Positions 49,011-58,658 of a stretch of DNA of 64,000 nt are shown here, piece after piece; the stretch's first letter is position 1; every line of letters starts with the position of its first letter. Source of the DNA: an uncultured delta proteobacterium (GTDB taxonomy: Bacteria; Desulfobacterota; Binatia; HRBIN30; BPIQ01); the NCBI GenBank assembly GCA_963761335.1, contig CAVXGR010000018.1, forward strand, positions 1,088,001 through 1,152,000. The letters are read 5' to 3'. The position numbers and the translations under genes were made by a program. The notes below the pieces were generated by a model. The model did no database searches and was not told where the DNA came from. It saw only the letters and a program-made list of their open reading frames with translations.

Positions 49011-51034
49011 AGCGATGGCGCGCCAGCGCGGCGGGCACGAGAGCAATCGCGCTCGGCTTTGCCGGGGCGGCCCTGGTTCTCTGTATGGCAACTCGGACCC
49101 ATGCTCAGGCGCGCTGGGGGCTCGGGCGGTGGCAAGGCGACGGCATCTTCTTTCTCGACTGGGAGAAGCAGGACGACAAGCGCTCGCAGAGCAAGTACGA
49201 GACGATTCTGTTTCAGGAGCGGCTGCGCCTCCGCAACCTCGGCGCTTTCCTCGTCGATCCGCGCTTCTTCAGATTCAACCTGGGCGGGTCCTTCGGGCTG
49301 TCGCAGGAGGAGGGCATCGCCGCCAGCGACAACCCACTGCGCGTCGGCAACGGCACTCTCTACGATTACGCGTTCGACGGCGTGTTTCTCGGCGACCGGC
49401 CGTATCCGGTCACGGTCTTCGCCAACCGCAGCGAGAGCATCCTGACGCAGGGCTTCGGCGGCCGCGCCGACGTGCGCTTCGAGAGCCGTGGGGGAACCTT
49501 CGAGCTGCGCGAGGGCAGCTTTCTCGAGCGCCGCGGCATTCGCCACTTCACCTCCGTTCTCGACGTTCGCCAGGAGCTGCTCAACGAGGACTCCTCGGTG
49601 TTCGGCAGCCCCTTCCTCCGCGACGAGACCCGCAACGTCGTCCGCTACGGCGCCCACAAAGGCGGTGAGAGCTCCGACATGGACCTGCGCTACGAGCTCG
49701 ACGACGTCAGCGATCCGATCAACCTCGCCGACAACTTTCAGAGCCATACGGTGCGTGCCGTACACAGCCTCGACTTCGGCGCGCGGCTCAATCGGCGCCT
49801 GGACTCGGTTCTCTATTACTTCACCCGTTCCGGTGTCGGCCCGAGCAGCTATCTTTCCTTCGACGAAGGCCTGCGCATCGACCACAGTGCCAATCTGGCC
49901 AGCAATCTCCGCTACGACTTCTCGCGGAGCGACTCCAGCGTCGGCGTGACCACGACCAACTCCGGAAGCGCGAGTGTGCGCCATCAGCTGTACGGTCACC
50001 TGACGACCACCATCGATGGCAGAGGCCTGCGCCAGGACTTTCCCAACGGCGCCAAGACGATCTACGGCGGCCAGGCCGGTGCCGCCTATCGCCGCTCCCT
50101 GCCGGGACAGGGCGAGCTCTCCGCGCAGACGTACGTCGGTTACCAGGTGGACGACAACGCCTTCACCTCCTCCCGGGTCGACGTCGTGGACGAGCCGCAC
50201 GCGGCGCCGCCGTTGCTCGGCGCGGGCGCCGGATTCACGCTCGCCAACCCTTTCGTCATGAGCGACACCGTCGTGGTGGTCGACGTCCGCGGAGGGGCGC
50301 GGTTGCCGACGGTGCTCAACCTCGATTACATCCTCACGCAGGAGGGCAGTCTGACGAGAGTCGTTCCCCTCGCCGGCAGCCCGGTGATTCGCCCGGACGA
50401 CCCCCTCGAGGTGAGCTACGCGTACTCGGTCGACCCCGGCCTCGAGTACTCGACCGCGACGCTGAGCGCCAGAACCGGGATCGACTATCGCTGGTTCGGA
50501 CTCAGCTACCAGCACGTGCTCAGTGACCAGACGCGCCTGTCCGGTGCAGCCACGCCGCAGTTCCTCATCGATCAGAACGTGGACGATTTCTCCCTCGAGC
50601 TGCGCCATCAGTGGAACGCGGTGCGGGGGCAGTCGACCGTGGCCTACGAGATCTTCAACTCGACGATCGTCGACTCGCGCTCCTGGCGCTTCAGCCAGCT
50701 GCTCTCCTACCAGCCGCGATTCGACCTCAACGCGCAGCTCAGCGGCGATCAGGACCTGATCGACTATCCGAATGAGAACCGGCGCTCGGAGTCGTACCTG
50801 GTGCGCGCCACCGTCGACTGGCTCACGCCGATAGGGCCGAGCTTGGCGCCCTTCGCCGGCTATCGCTCTTATCGGGACACCGGCACGCAGCGCGACGAGA
50901 TCCTCGACTTCGGCGTGCGCCTGCGCTGGACCTTCCGCAACCTGGAAATCTCCCAGAGCTTCTCCTGGGCGGACTATCGGAGACGGCTGAATGACGTTCG
51001 CGCTCAGCTGCAGATCACGCGGCGCTTCTTCTGA
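49007..51034 (+). CDS. Outer-membrane beta-barrel protein (porin-cytochrome type)
   Basis: Signal peptide; alternating amphipathic aromatic-rich strands; C-terminal Phe; overlaps the cytochrome stop. Confidence 0.78.
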   Translation: MKRWRASAAGTRAIALGFAGAALVLCMATRTHAQARWGLGRWQGDGIFFLDWEKQDDKRSQSKYETILFQERLRLRNLGAFLVDPRFFRFNLGGSFGLSQEEGIAASDNPLRVGNGTLYDYAFDGVFLGDRPYPVTVFANRSESILTQGFGGRADVRFESRGGTFELREGSFLERRGIRHFTSVLDVRQELLNEDSSVFGSPFLRDETRNVVRYGAHKGGESSDMDLRYELDDVSDPINLADNFQSHTVRAVHSLDFGARLNRRLDSVLYYFTRSGVGPSSYLSFDEGLRIDHSANLASNLRYDFSRSDSSVGVTTTNSGSASVRHQLYGHLTTTIDGRGLRQDFPNGAKTIYGGQAGAAYRRSLPGQGELSAQTYVGYQVDDNAFTSSRVDVVDEPHAAPPLLGAGAGFTLANPFVMSDTVVVVDVRGGARLPTVLNLDYILTQEGSLTRVVPLAGSPVIRPDDPLEVSYAYSVDPGLEYSTATLSARTGIDYRWFGLSYQHVLSDQTRLSGAATPQFLIDQNVDDFSLELRHQWNAVRGQSTVAYEIFNSTIVDSRSWRFSQLLSYQPRFDLNAQLSGDQDLIDYPNENRRSESYLVRATVDWLTPIGPSLAPFAGYRSYRDTGTQRDEILDFGVRLRWTFRNLEISQSFSWADYRRRLNDVRAQLQITRRFF

Positions 51035-52091
51035 CCGGCGCGCGGCCCCCGCACTCCGGCGGCGTGCAACGCAGTGGGGGAGGCACGTTCTCCTCCCCCT
51101 GCTCTGCGTGCTGGTCACCGGATGCGGCTGGGCGCGAGGCGATGCGCGGCAATCGCAGTCGATCCCGCCGATGGTGTGGCCCGCGGCGCCCAGCGAGCCG
51201 CGCATCGAGCTGCTCTCGCTCTTCGCGCGCGGCGCGGATCTCGGCATCGAGCCCTCCATCTGGGCGCGTCTCGCGAGCCTGGTCACCGGAGGAGGCGAGC
51301 CGCGCCTGGTGCGTCCCACCGGCGTGGCGGCATCGGGCGCACGCGTCGCGGTCGCCGATCCCGGCGCCGGGGTGGTGCAGGTCTATGATCTGGCGGAGCG
51401 GCGTGCCCTTGCCCTCGGCCGCTGCGGTGATGCCGCGCTCGTCGAGCCGGTGTCCGTCGCCTTCCTCGCCGGCCACATCTATGTCTCCGACGCCGCAGCG
51501 TCGCGCATCGACGCATTCGACGGGGACGGTGCCTGCACGGGTGGCTGGCGATTGGCGCCGGGCTCGCGTCCGGCGGGGCTGGCCGCAGACGAGCAACGGG
51601 GGCGTCTGTACGTGGCCGATGCCGGCGCGCACCAGGTGCTCGCCTTCGATCCCCAAGGGACGGAGATCCTTCGCTTCGGGAGGCGCGGTGCCGGGGCGGG
51701 CGAGTTCAACTACCCGACGTGGATTGCCGTCGACGGTGCCGGCCACCTCTACGTCACCGATGCCCTGAACTTTCGCGTGCAGTCATTCGACGAGAGCGGC
51801 AAGGCGCTCGGCCGCTTCGGCGGGCAGGGAGACGGCTCCGGCGATCTGGCGCGCCCGAAGGGAATCGCCGTCGACGGCGGCGGCCACATCTTCCTGGTCG
51901 ACGCGCTCTTCGACGCCGTGCAGATGTTCGATGGCGAGGGCCGCTATCTGATGGTGTTCGGCGAGCGCGGCCGCGGGGCCGGACACTTCTGGCTGCCGTC
52001 CGGCGTGGCGGTGGCCGGAGACCGCATCTACGTGGCCGACTCGTACAATCAGAGGGTGCAGGTGTTTCGCTTTCTCGGGGGAGCCTCGTGA
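50991..52091 (+). CDS. NHL-repeat lipoprotein
   Basis: Lipobox VTGC; WPAAPSEPRI; NHL repeats (FNYPTWIAVD, ARPKGIAVD). Start uncertain. Confidence 0.85.
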   Translation: MTFALSCRSRGASSDRRAAPALRRRATQWGRHVLLPLLCVLVTGCGWARGDARQSQSIPPMVWPAAPSEPRIELLSLFARGADLGIEPSIWARLASLVTGGGEPRLVRPTGVAASGARVAVADPGAGVVQVYDLAERRALALGRCGDAALVEPVSVAFLAGHIYVSDAAASRIDAFDGDGACTGGWRLAPGSRPAGLAADEQRGRLYVADAGAHQVLAFDPQGTEILRFGRRGAGAGEFNYPTWIAVDGAGHLYVTDALNFRVQSFDESGKALGRFGGQGDGSGDLARPKGIAVDGGGHIFLVDALFDAVQMFDGEGRYLMVFGERGRGAGHFWLPSGVAVAGDRIYVADSYNQRVQVFRFLGGAS

Positions 52092-53824
52092 GGCGTTCCG
52101 CTCTCTCGGCTTTGCCGATGGCGGTCTCGATTCTCGCCGCTACCGCGGTCGCCTCGGCGGGACTGCGCGAGACCGTGCACAACCTCAGCCCCGGAGGCGT
52201 CGGCCGGCAGCAACGGAGTCTGCAGGGGGGCGGCGGCGGCGGCGCGGCGATGGCCGACGGCGATCTCTGCGTCTTCTGCCATACGCCACACAGCGCCGAG
52301 GGGCGCCGCGGCTTGTGGAACCGCGCCGTCCAGCCTCTGCGCTACAAGCTCTACGAGAGCAGCACCGCGGAAGCGGAGATGCAGCAACCGACCGGGAGCT
52401 CGCGGCTGTGTCTCTCCTGCCACGACGGAATGATCGCGGTTGGAGCGCTCAAGCATCACGGCGATCCGACGCTCGGCAAGCTGAGCGGCGCCGCCGACCT
52501 CGGTACCGACCTCTCGGACGACCACCCGATCTCGTTCGTCTACGACCAGGCCCTGGTGACGCGAAGGCGGGACCTGGCGAATCCGCGCGCCCTGACCGGC
52601 AGCGTCAAGCTCGACGAGTCCGGTCAGATGCAGTGCACCTCCTGCCACGATGCGCATCTCGATCGCTACCCCAAGTTCCTGGTGATGGATCCATCCTACT
52701 CGGCCTTGTGCGTCACCTGTCACCGGCTGCCCCACTGGCAGGAGTCGGGGCATGCGACCTCGGCGGCATCGGCGCCGGCAAGCGCCGTCCCCGGGCTCGG
52801 CTACGCGACCGTGGGCCAGAACGGCTGCTCGAGCTGCCATCAGTCGCACGGGGCAAAGCACCCGCAGCGCCTGCTGGCGGCGGCGACCGAAGAGGGGGTG
52901 TGTCTGGACTGTCACGATGGCAGCGTGGCCGCCACCGACGTGCGGCGGGAGTCAATGAAGTACAGTGCCCATCGGGTTGACCGCTACGCCGGCGTCCATG
53001 ATCCCACCGAGAATCCCAACACCATGGCGGAGCACGTGGAGTGCGTCGACTGCCACGACGCGCATCAGGCATCGGCGGAGTCGGCGCCGGGCCAGCTTGC
53101 CGGGCCGCTCCGGGGCGTGTCGGGTGTCAGCATCGGCGGCAGCTTCTTGCGCGAGGCCAGCTTCGAGTACGAGGTCTGCCTGAAGTGTCACGGCATCAGC
53201 GAGGCGCGCGACCCGCTCGTCTTTCGCGCCGATCAGGTGACCAATGCGCGGCTGGAGCTCGATCCGCAGAACGCCTCTTTTCACCCGCTCGCCGACCTCG
53301 GCAGGAATCCCGGCATCGTCGGTTTGATTCCGCCACTGACGGCCGCCAGCCGCCTTTCGTGTACCAGCTGTCACGACGACGATACCTCGCGGCGGAGCGG
53401 CAGCACCGCTCCCCGGGGGCCGCACGGCTCGAGCTATCGGCCGATCCTCGCTGCCGAGTACCGCACCGAGGCGACCGCGGCGCCGGAGTCCTACCAGCGC
53501 TATGCGCTCTGCTACGGCTGCCATGACCGCAACACGCTGCTGAACCGACCCGGCGGCTTCCCGCACCGGCTGCACGTGAGCGACGCCGGCGCCAGCTGCG
53601 CCGTCTGCCACGACGCCCACGGCTCGCGGCGCAACGCCCACCTGATCAACTTCATGAGCCGCGATCTCACCGGCGAGGTGGCGGTCACGCCGTCGAGCTC
53701 GGGACGGCTGGAGTACGTCTCTCTGGGAGCCGACGCCGGTCGCTGCTTTCTCACTTGCCACGGCAGCGATCACGAGGGCACGGAGTACTCGGTGGCGACG
53801 GTAGCCACTGCGGGGCGCCGCTGA
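52088..53824 (+). CDS. Multiheme cytochrome c (11 CxxCH + 1 CxxxCH) with OmcE-like N-terminal domain
   Basis: HNLS..CVFCHTPH..LWNR..CLSCHDG..LGTDLSDDHPI..CTSCHDAH..CVTCH, followed by eight more motifs. Confidence 0.9.
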   Translation: MRRSALSALPMAVSILAATAVASAGLRETVHNLSPGGVGRQQRSLQGGGGGGAAMADGDLCVFCHTPHSAEGRRGLWNRAVQPLRYKLYESSTAEAEMQQPTGSSRLCLSCHDGMIAVGALKHHGDPTLGKLSGAADLGTDLSDDHPISFVYDQALVTRRRDLANPRALTGSVKLDESGQMQCTSCHDAHLDRYPKFLVMDPSYSALCVTCHRLPHWQESGHATSAASAPASAVPGLGYATVGQNGCSSCHQSHGAKHPQRLLAAATEEGVCLDCHDGSVAATDVRRESMKYSAHRVDRYAGVHDPTENPNTMAEHVECVDCHDAHQASAESAPGQLAGPLRGVSGVSIGGSFLREASFEYEVCLKCHGISEARDPLVFRADQVTNARLELDPQNASFHPLADLGRNPGIVGLIPPLTAASRLSCTSCHDDDTSRRSGSTAPRGPHGSSYRPILAAEYRTEATAAPESYQRYALCYGCHDRNTLLNRPGGFPHRLHVSDAGASCAVCHDAHGSRRNAHLINFMSRDLTGEVAVTPSSSGRLEYVSLGADAGRCFLTCHGSDHEGTEYSVATVATAGRR

Positions 53825-53837
53825 TACGATCGCGGCG

Positions 53838-54644
53838 ATGTCGACGACAAACGGCGCGGGCTTCAGCGCCATGATGCATCTCGAGCCGCACGGTCCGGAT
53901 ACCTTCGTGGCCAGCGGACCGCGCTACCCGTGGGGCGGGCTGTACGGCGGGCAGATCATTGCGCAGGCGCTGCGCGCCGCGACGCTCACCGTCGACCCGG
54001 CGTACCAGCTGCATTCGCTGCACGCGTACTTCATCCGTCTCGGCGACGCCGCCGAGCCCATCCGCCTCGAGGTGGACCGCATCCGCAACGGCCGCAGCTT
54101 CGTCACCCGGCGGGTAGTCGCCCGCCAGTCCGGTGGGGCCATCCTCAACATGTCCTCCTCCTTCCAGATGCCGGAGGGCGGTCCCATGGTGCAGACGGAG
54201 GAGATGCCCCGCGTCGCCTCGCCCGACGAGCTGCGCAACGACAGCTGGAGCCCGCTCATCGAACGGCGCTCTCTCGGCCAGGAGATCATGCCCGGGCGCG
54301 TCGGCGCCTGGATGCGGCTGACCGAGCAGATCGGCGATGATCCCGTGTTGAACGCCTGTGCGCTCGCCTATCTCTCCGACGATCTGCCGACCGACGCGGT
54401 GGTGGCGCGGCACCCCGATCGCGCCCCGCGCGATTCGGGAGAGCGGCGCTTCTGGAACGCCAGCCTCGATCACGCCATCTGGTTCTATCACCCGACGCGC
54501 GCCAACCAGTGGCAGCTGCACGACTTCACCTGCCGCGGCCTGGTCGGCACCCGCGGCTTGTCGATCGGATCGATCTTCGACGGCAGCGGCCGGCATCTGG
54601 CGACCGTGTCGCAGGAGGTCCTGATCCGCCCCGTCCGCGGCTGA
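53838..54644 (+). CDS. tesB: Acyl-CoA thioesterase II (TesB-like)
   Basis: LYGGQIIAQAL, HSLHAYFI, GRSFVTRRV, LAYLSD, ASLDHAIWF, QEVL. Confidence 0.92.
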   Translation: MSTTNGAGFSAMMHLEPHGPDTFVASGPRYPWGGLYGGQIIAQALRAATLTVDPAYQLHSLHAYFIRLGDAAEPIRLEVDRIRNGRSFVTRRVVARQSGGAILNMSSSFQMPEGGPMVQTEEMPRVASPDELRNDSWSPLIERRSLGQEIMPGRVGAWMRLTEQIGDDPVLNACALAYLSDDLPTDAVVARHPDRAPRDSGERRFWNASLDHAIWFYHPTRANQWQLHDFTCRGLVGTRGLSIGSIFDGSGRHLATVSQEVLIRPVRG

Positions 54645-54645
54645 G

Positions 54646-54695
54646 GTAGAAGCGCCGTCCCGGCGCTTTCCGAAGCGGCGAGACGCCGCTTCTAC
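54646..54695. repeat. GTAG-type REP doublet, family B
   Basis: GTAGAAGCGCCGTCCCGGCGCTTTCCGAAGCGGCGAGACGCCGCTTCTAC. Confidence 0.85.
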
Positions 54696-56248
54696 TCGGC
54701 CCGCGGGCCGGTGGGTGAGGGCGGCCGAGACGGCCGCGGCCCCAGGCCGACGACGGCGATCAGTGCGGCGAGGGACAGCCAGCCCGGCCAATCGCCCCAT
54801 CGCGTGTAGAGTGTCTCCTCGTCCAGCATGTGCACGGTGGCGATCAGGTTCTCGCGCCTCAGCAGCCCGCTGCGCGCGATGAGCCGTCCGCTCGGGTCGA
54901 CGACGGCGCTGATGCCGCTGTTGGTGGAACGCACCAGATAGCGAGCGTGCTCCACGGCGCGCGCCCGCGCCATTGCCAGGTGCAGCCAGGGCTCCTGCGA
55001 GTCGCCGAACCAGGAGTCGTTGGCGAGGGTGACAATGAGCTGCGGTCTGGCCTCGCGCAGCATGCGGCGCACGAACGCCGGGCGCACGGCTTCGTAGCAG
55101 ATCGGTGTCGAGATGCGCCACCGACCGAGCGACAGCGCCGGCGTGTCGGTGGCGGCGGTGAACTCCGAGGACTTCGCCAGGGACGGCGCCAGGGGCTCCA
55201 GCCATTTCGCCAGCGGCACGTACTCGGTGAAGGGGATGAGAAGATTCTTGTCGTAAACGTCGCGAATGACGCCGTCGGCACCGGCGAGCAGCGCCGAGTT
55301 GTACTTGAGGCGCTGCCCGCTGTCGCCGCGCACCGAGGCGGCGCCGAAGAGAATCGGCACGGCGAGGTCGCCGACGACGTAGCGTGCCGACAGCGGCAGC
55401 GGGCGCAGTAGCCCGCGCGTGTAAACGGTCTCCGGCCAGACCACCAGATCGGGCTTCTCCTGGGCGAGGAGCTCCCGGGTCTGCTGCAGATACTTGCGGT
55501 GATCGAGCGCGGCGTTCCGCCCCTTCTCGAATACTCCGAGGTTGCCCTGAACGATGCCGACGCGCAGCGCCGGTGCCGCGGCGACGGCGTTCTCGAGGTG
55601 ATGGAGGTGCACGGCGCCGTAGGTGCAGGCGAGGGCCGTACCCAGGGCGGCAGCGGCCCACGCCCGGTCCGGCCGCGGAGCTCTTGCCGCGATCCACCGC
55701 CAGGTCGCGAAGAGGGCGAGGTTGAGCAGCACCAGGAGGGCGCTGAGCAGCAGTGGGCCGCCGAGCGCGGAGATCTGCATCACCAGCTCGCCTGAGAGGG
55801 CGTGCCCGAGATAGACGGGAAAGAGCGCCGGATAGAGCCATTCGGTCACCAGCAAGGGGAGCAGGGCCGCGGCTATGAGCGGCCCGCCGCGGCGACGGAC
55901 GAGCGCGTAGCCGGCGGCATAGAGGGCGAAGCGCAGAGCGAACCAGGAGGCGTCGGCGGCCCAGAGGAGCGCGCCGAGCAGAACATTGCCGCCGAGGAAG
56001 ACGTCGACGAGCCTCCATATCCAGTAGAAGCCGCCGGCATAGGCAGCGATGCCGAAGGTGAAGCCGAGGCGCGCCGCTTTCCAGGAGTCGCCGGCCGCAT
56101 CTTCCTCGAGCGCCTCCCAGAGGGCCGCGAGGCAGAGCAGGGCCAGCGGCCAGATGCCGAAGCCGACGAAGCCGAGAAAGGCGAGGACGCCCCCGGTCGC
56201 CGCCAGCACGTACGGGCGGGCTCTCGCCAGGGTGCGGCTGTGTGGCAC
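54692..56248 (-). CDS. lnt: Apolipoprotein N-acyltransferase
   Basis: VQGN, VWPE, YDKNLLIPFTEYVP, ICYE, NDSWFG, ARARAVE, RSTNSGIS. Confidence 0.95.
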   Translation of the reverse strand: MPHSRTLARARPYVLAATGGVLAFLGFVGFGIWPLALLCLAALWEALEEDAAGDSWKAARLGFTFGIAAYAGGFYWIWRLVDVFLGGNVLLGALLWAADASWFALRFALYAAGYALVRRRGGPLIAAALLPLLVTEWLYPALFPVYLGHALSGELVMQISALGGPLLLSALLVLLNLALFATWRWIAARAPRPDRAWAAAALGTALACTYGAVHLHHLENAVAAAPALRVGIVQGNLGVFEKGRNAALDHRKYLQQTRELLAQEKPDLVVWPETVYTRGLLRPLPLSARYVVGDLAVPILFGAASVRGDSGQRLKYNSALLAGADGVIRDVYDKNLLIPFTEYVPLAKWLEPLAPSLAKSSEFTAATDTPALSLGRWRISTPICYEAVRPAFVRRMLREARPQLIVTLANDSWFGDSQEPWLHLAMARARAVEHARYLVRSTNSGISAVVDPSGRLIARSGLLRRENLIATVHMLDEETLYTRWGDWPGWLSLAALIAVVGLGPRPSRPPSPTGPRAE

Positions 56249-56250
56249 CG

Positions 56251-56988
56251 CTAGGGCAGCTTCAGGCAGACGTCCGTCCCCGGGGCGGCGCGTTGGCGCG
56301 CGGTGCGGCCTTCCTGGTCTTTCAGAGCCGCATCGGCGCCCCGCTGAAGCAGGAGCGCGGCCATCTCGCCGTGCCCCTTGGCGCAGGCCACGATCAGCGG
56401 CGTGTCACCGAACTGGTCGCGGGCATTGGCGTCGGCCTGGTGATCGAGAAGAAAGGCGACGACGTCGCGGTGATCGGTGAGCGCCGCCTGGAAGAGGGGG
56501 GTGCGCTGTTGCTTGTCTCGGCTGTCTACGGCGGCGCCGTGCTCGACCAGGTAGCGGACCAGATCGAGGCGACCATGCTCGGCCGCGAAGCTCAGCGGGG
56601 TTCTTCCGCCGACGTCCGCCTCGTCGAGCGCGGCCCCCTTTTCGTGCAGCCAGCGCGCCAGATCGAGGTCGCCGGCGTCCATGACGGCCAGGAAAAGGGT
56701 GTTGCGACCGAGATCGTCTCTGGAGTTGATGCCGGCGCCGAGCTGCAGGGCGCGCTCGACGGTGGGCCGGTCGTCGCGGCGCACGCCGTCGAGGAGCCGC
56801 TGCTCGAGCGTGAAGGGCTCGGGATTGCGGGGCTCCCCGGTCCCCATCACCAGGTTGCGCACCGGCCCCTTGGGGACCGGTTGGGGCGATGGCGTGGCGG
56901 CGGGCGCCGCCGAGGACGGCGTCTGTGCATCGCAGGAGGCCGTCAGGAGCAGCAGTATCGCCAGCGCCGCGCGCGCCGCCTTCCGCAG
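56251..56988 (-). CDS. Ankyrin-repeat lipoprotein
   Basis: GRTPLSFAA, RTPLFQAA and GDTPLIVAC repeats; lipobox TASC. Start codon uncertain. Confidence 0.85.
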   Translation of the reverse strand: MRKAARAALAILLLLTASCDAQTPSSAAPAATPSPQPVPKGPVRNLVMGTGEPRNPEPFTLEQRLLDGVRRDDRPTVERALQLGAGINSRDDLGRNTLFLAVMDAGDLDLARWLHEKGAALDEADVGGRTPLSFAAEHGRLDLVRYLVEHGAAVDSRDKQQRTPLFQAALTDHRDVVAFLLDHQADANARDQFGDTPLIVACAKGHGEMAALLLQRGADAALKDQEGRTARQRAAPGTDVCLKLP

Positions 56989-57003
56989 TGGCCCGGCCTC
57001 AAA

Positions 57004-57053
57004 GTAGAAGCGCCGTCTCGGCGCTTTCCGAAGCGGCGGGACGCCGCTTCTAC
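57004..57053. repeat. GTAG-type REP doublet, family B
   Basis: GTAGAAGCGCCGTCTCGGCGCTTTCCGAAGCGGCGGGACGCCGCTTCTAC. Confidence 0.85.
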
Positions 57054-57179
57054 ACTCTCTCGCGCGCCGGCGCAGCGGCGCTCCAGGACGATACGTGCGC
57101 GTCTCTGTAGGGAGGTCAGATCCAGACGCGTCGGTGCGGGGCCCGCCGGGGCCCCGCACCGCGGTGTCGGCCGCGCGAC

Positions 57180-58496
57180 TCAAGCGCCGGAGATCGCGTC
57201 GTTGATGATCGGAGCGACGATCTGCATGCCGGGATCCTCGTTGTTGTAGTAGTTCTCCGGCTCGACGATGCGGGTCTGCTGGCCGTTGGTGATGAAGCGC
57301 GTCAGGAATGTTTCGAATGGCATCATACCGCTCGGGCACTTCCAGCTTTGCGTCCACGGCCACTCGAACACCTCGTACCACTTCTTCTTGCGCACCGTCG
57401 GGCACGCGTGGCTGCCGATGAAGGTGATGATCGACACGCAGTGGCTGTCGTTGATCGGCCGGTGCCACGGGATGATGTAGCTGTAGTTGGAGTAGTTCTT
57501 GATCTGGTTGACCAGGTTCGCCTGATCCTGGCGCCACTTCTGCAGAACGCCTGCCTGGTCGATGCCGGGATAGAACCGCTCGTAGGAGAAGCGGGAGAAA
57601 TTGTAGTCGCTCGAGTACCCGACGTAGGCCATCTTGTCATTCGGGAACTGCGTGGCGACCATGGCGTTCATGCTGCCGAAGTCGTTCGGGTCGAACGAGG
57701 CCGGCAGCTGGTCGTAGAGCGACTGCAGATTCCACTGCGCGGTGATCAGCTGGTGCAGCGGCCGCGAGTTGTAGGTGGCGTTGGGCGCCGGGAAGATCGG
57801 CCCCGAGTCATTCAGCAGGTAGGCGTGCGACGGCACCAGGGTGCGGCGCGCCTGATAGAAGACGGCGCTGCTGGCCACGCCGCCGGCGCTGAAGCCGGTG
57901 ACCACCAGCTTGTTGATGCTCGGAAAGCGCGAGTGCAGGAAGTTGAGTGCCGCCACCGCGTTGTTGTAGCCGTTGTGGCGATAGGTGATCGGCGGCTGCT
58001 GGCCGCTCGGATCGGTATAGGTGACGACGCGGTTCCCCACGTGCACGTCGCCGGTGCAGTAGGGCATGTAGACCATGTCGAAGCCGTTGGTGGCGATATA
58101 GGTCTTGGAGCGGAACGGCGGGATGCCGGGATCGGCACCGTTCACCAGCGGCGAGACGTACTTGGCCTTGAACTGGGTGATGTAGTCGGTGGGAATGCCA
58201 TTGGGATTGGAGGCGCCGAGAACACCCGCCTGGCCGCTGCAGGTGGCGTAATCCCAGCAGGCTCCGCCGCCTTCGAACGAGATGAGCATGCTGTTGGAGC
58301 TCGGGTTGTCGTAGTACCAGAAGCGGTACTGCGAGCCGTCGCTGCAGACGGTGCCCGGTAGCTCGACGAGCTGCCAGGCGTAGTTGTTGCCGCCGTCGAC
58401 GATGTCCTCGATGCCGATGGCGTGGGCGGCGCGCAGCGGTAACGCCGCCATGAGCAAAGCGAAGCTCCAGATACCGACCTGTGCCCTGATCTTCAT
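57180..58496 (-). CDS. Secreted pectinacetylesterase/Notum-family hydrolase
   Basis: CSDGS, FEGGGACW, PYCTGDVHVG, TGFSAGG, NDSG. Confidence 0.88.
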   Translation of the reverse strand: MKIRAQVGIWSFALLMAALPLRAAHAIGIEDIVDGGNNYAWQLVELPGTVCSDGSQYRFWYYDNPSSNSMLISFEGGGACWDYATCSGQAGVLGASNPNGIPTDYITQFKAKYVSPLVNGADPGIPPFRSKTYIATNGFDMVYMPYCTGDVHVGNRVVTYTDPSGQQPPITYRHNGYNNAVAALNFLHSRFPSINKLVVTGFSAGGVASSAVFYQARRTLVPSHAYLLNDSGPIFPAPNATYNSRPLHQLITAQWNLQSLYDQLPASFDPNDFGSMNAMVATQFPNDKMAYVGYSSDYNFSRFSYERFYPGIDQAGVLQKWRQDQANLVNQIKNYSNYSYIIPWHRPINDSHCVSIITFIGSHACPTVRKKKWYEVFEWPWTQSWKCPSGMMPFETFLTRFITNGQQTRIVEPENYYNNEDPGMQIVAPIINDAISGA

Positions 58497-58658
58497 ACCT
58501 TCCCCCTCTTTGTGCTTGGGCGCGCCGTGAGTCCGCGCGCGACTCAGGTTTGTGGTACCGTCTCGCCAACCGTGGCGATTGCTCGTGTGCGGCCTAAGTT
58601 GCCATTTGCTCCGCGCTTGTCAAGGCAAATGTTGCGCCCTGTTTCGGCTCGGCGGCGC

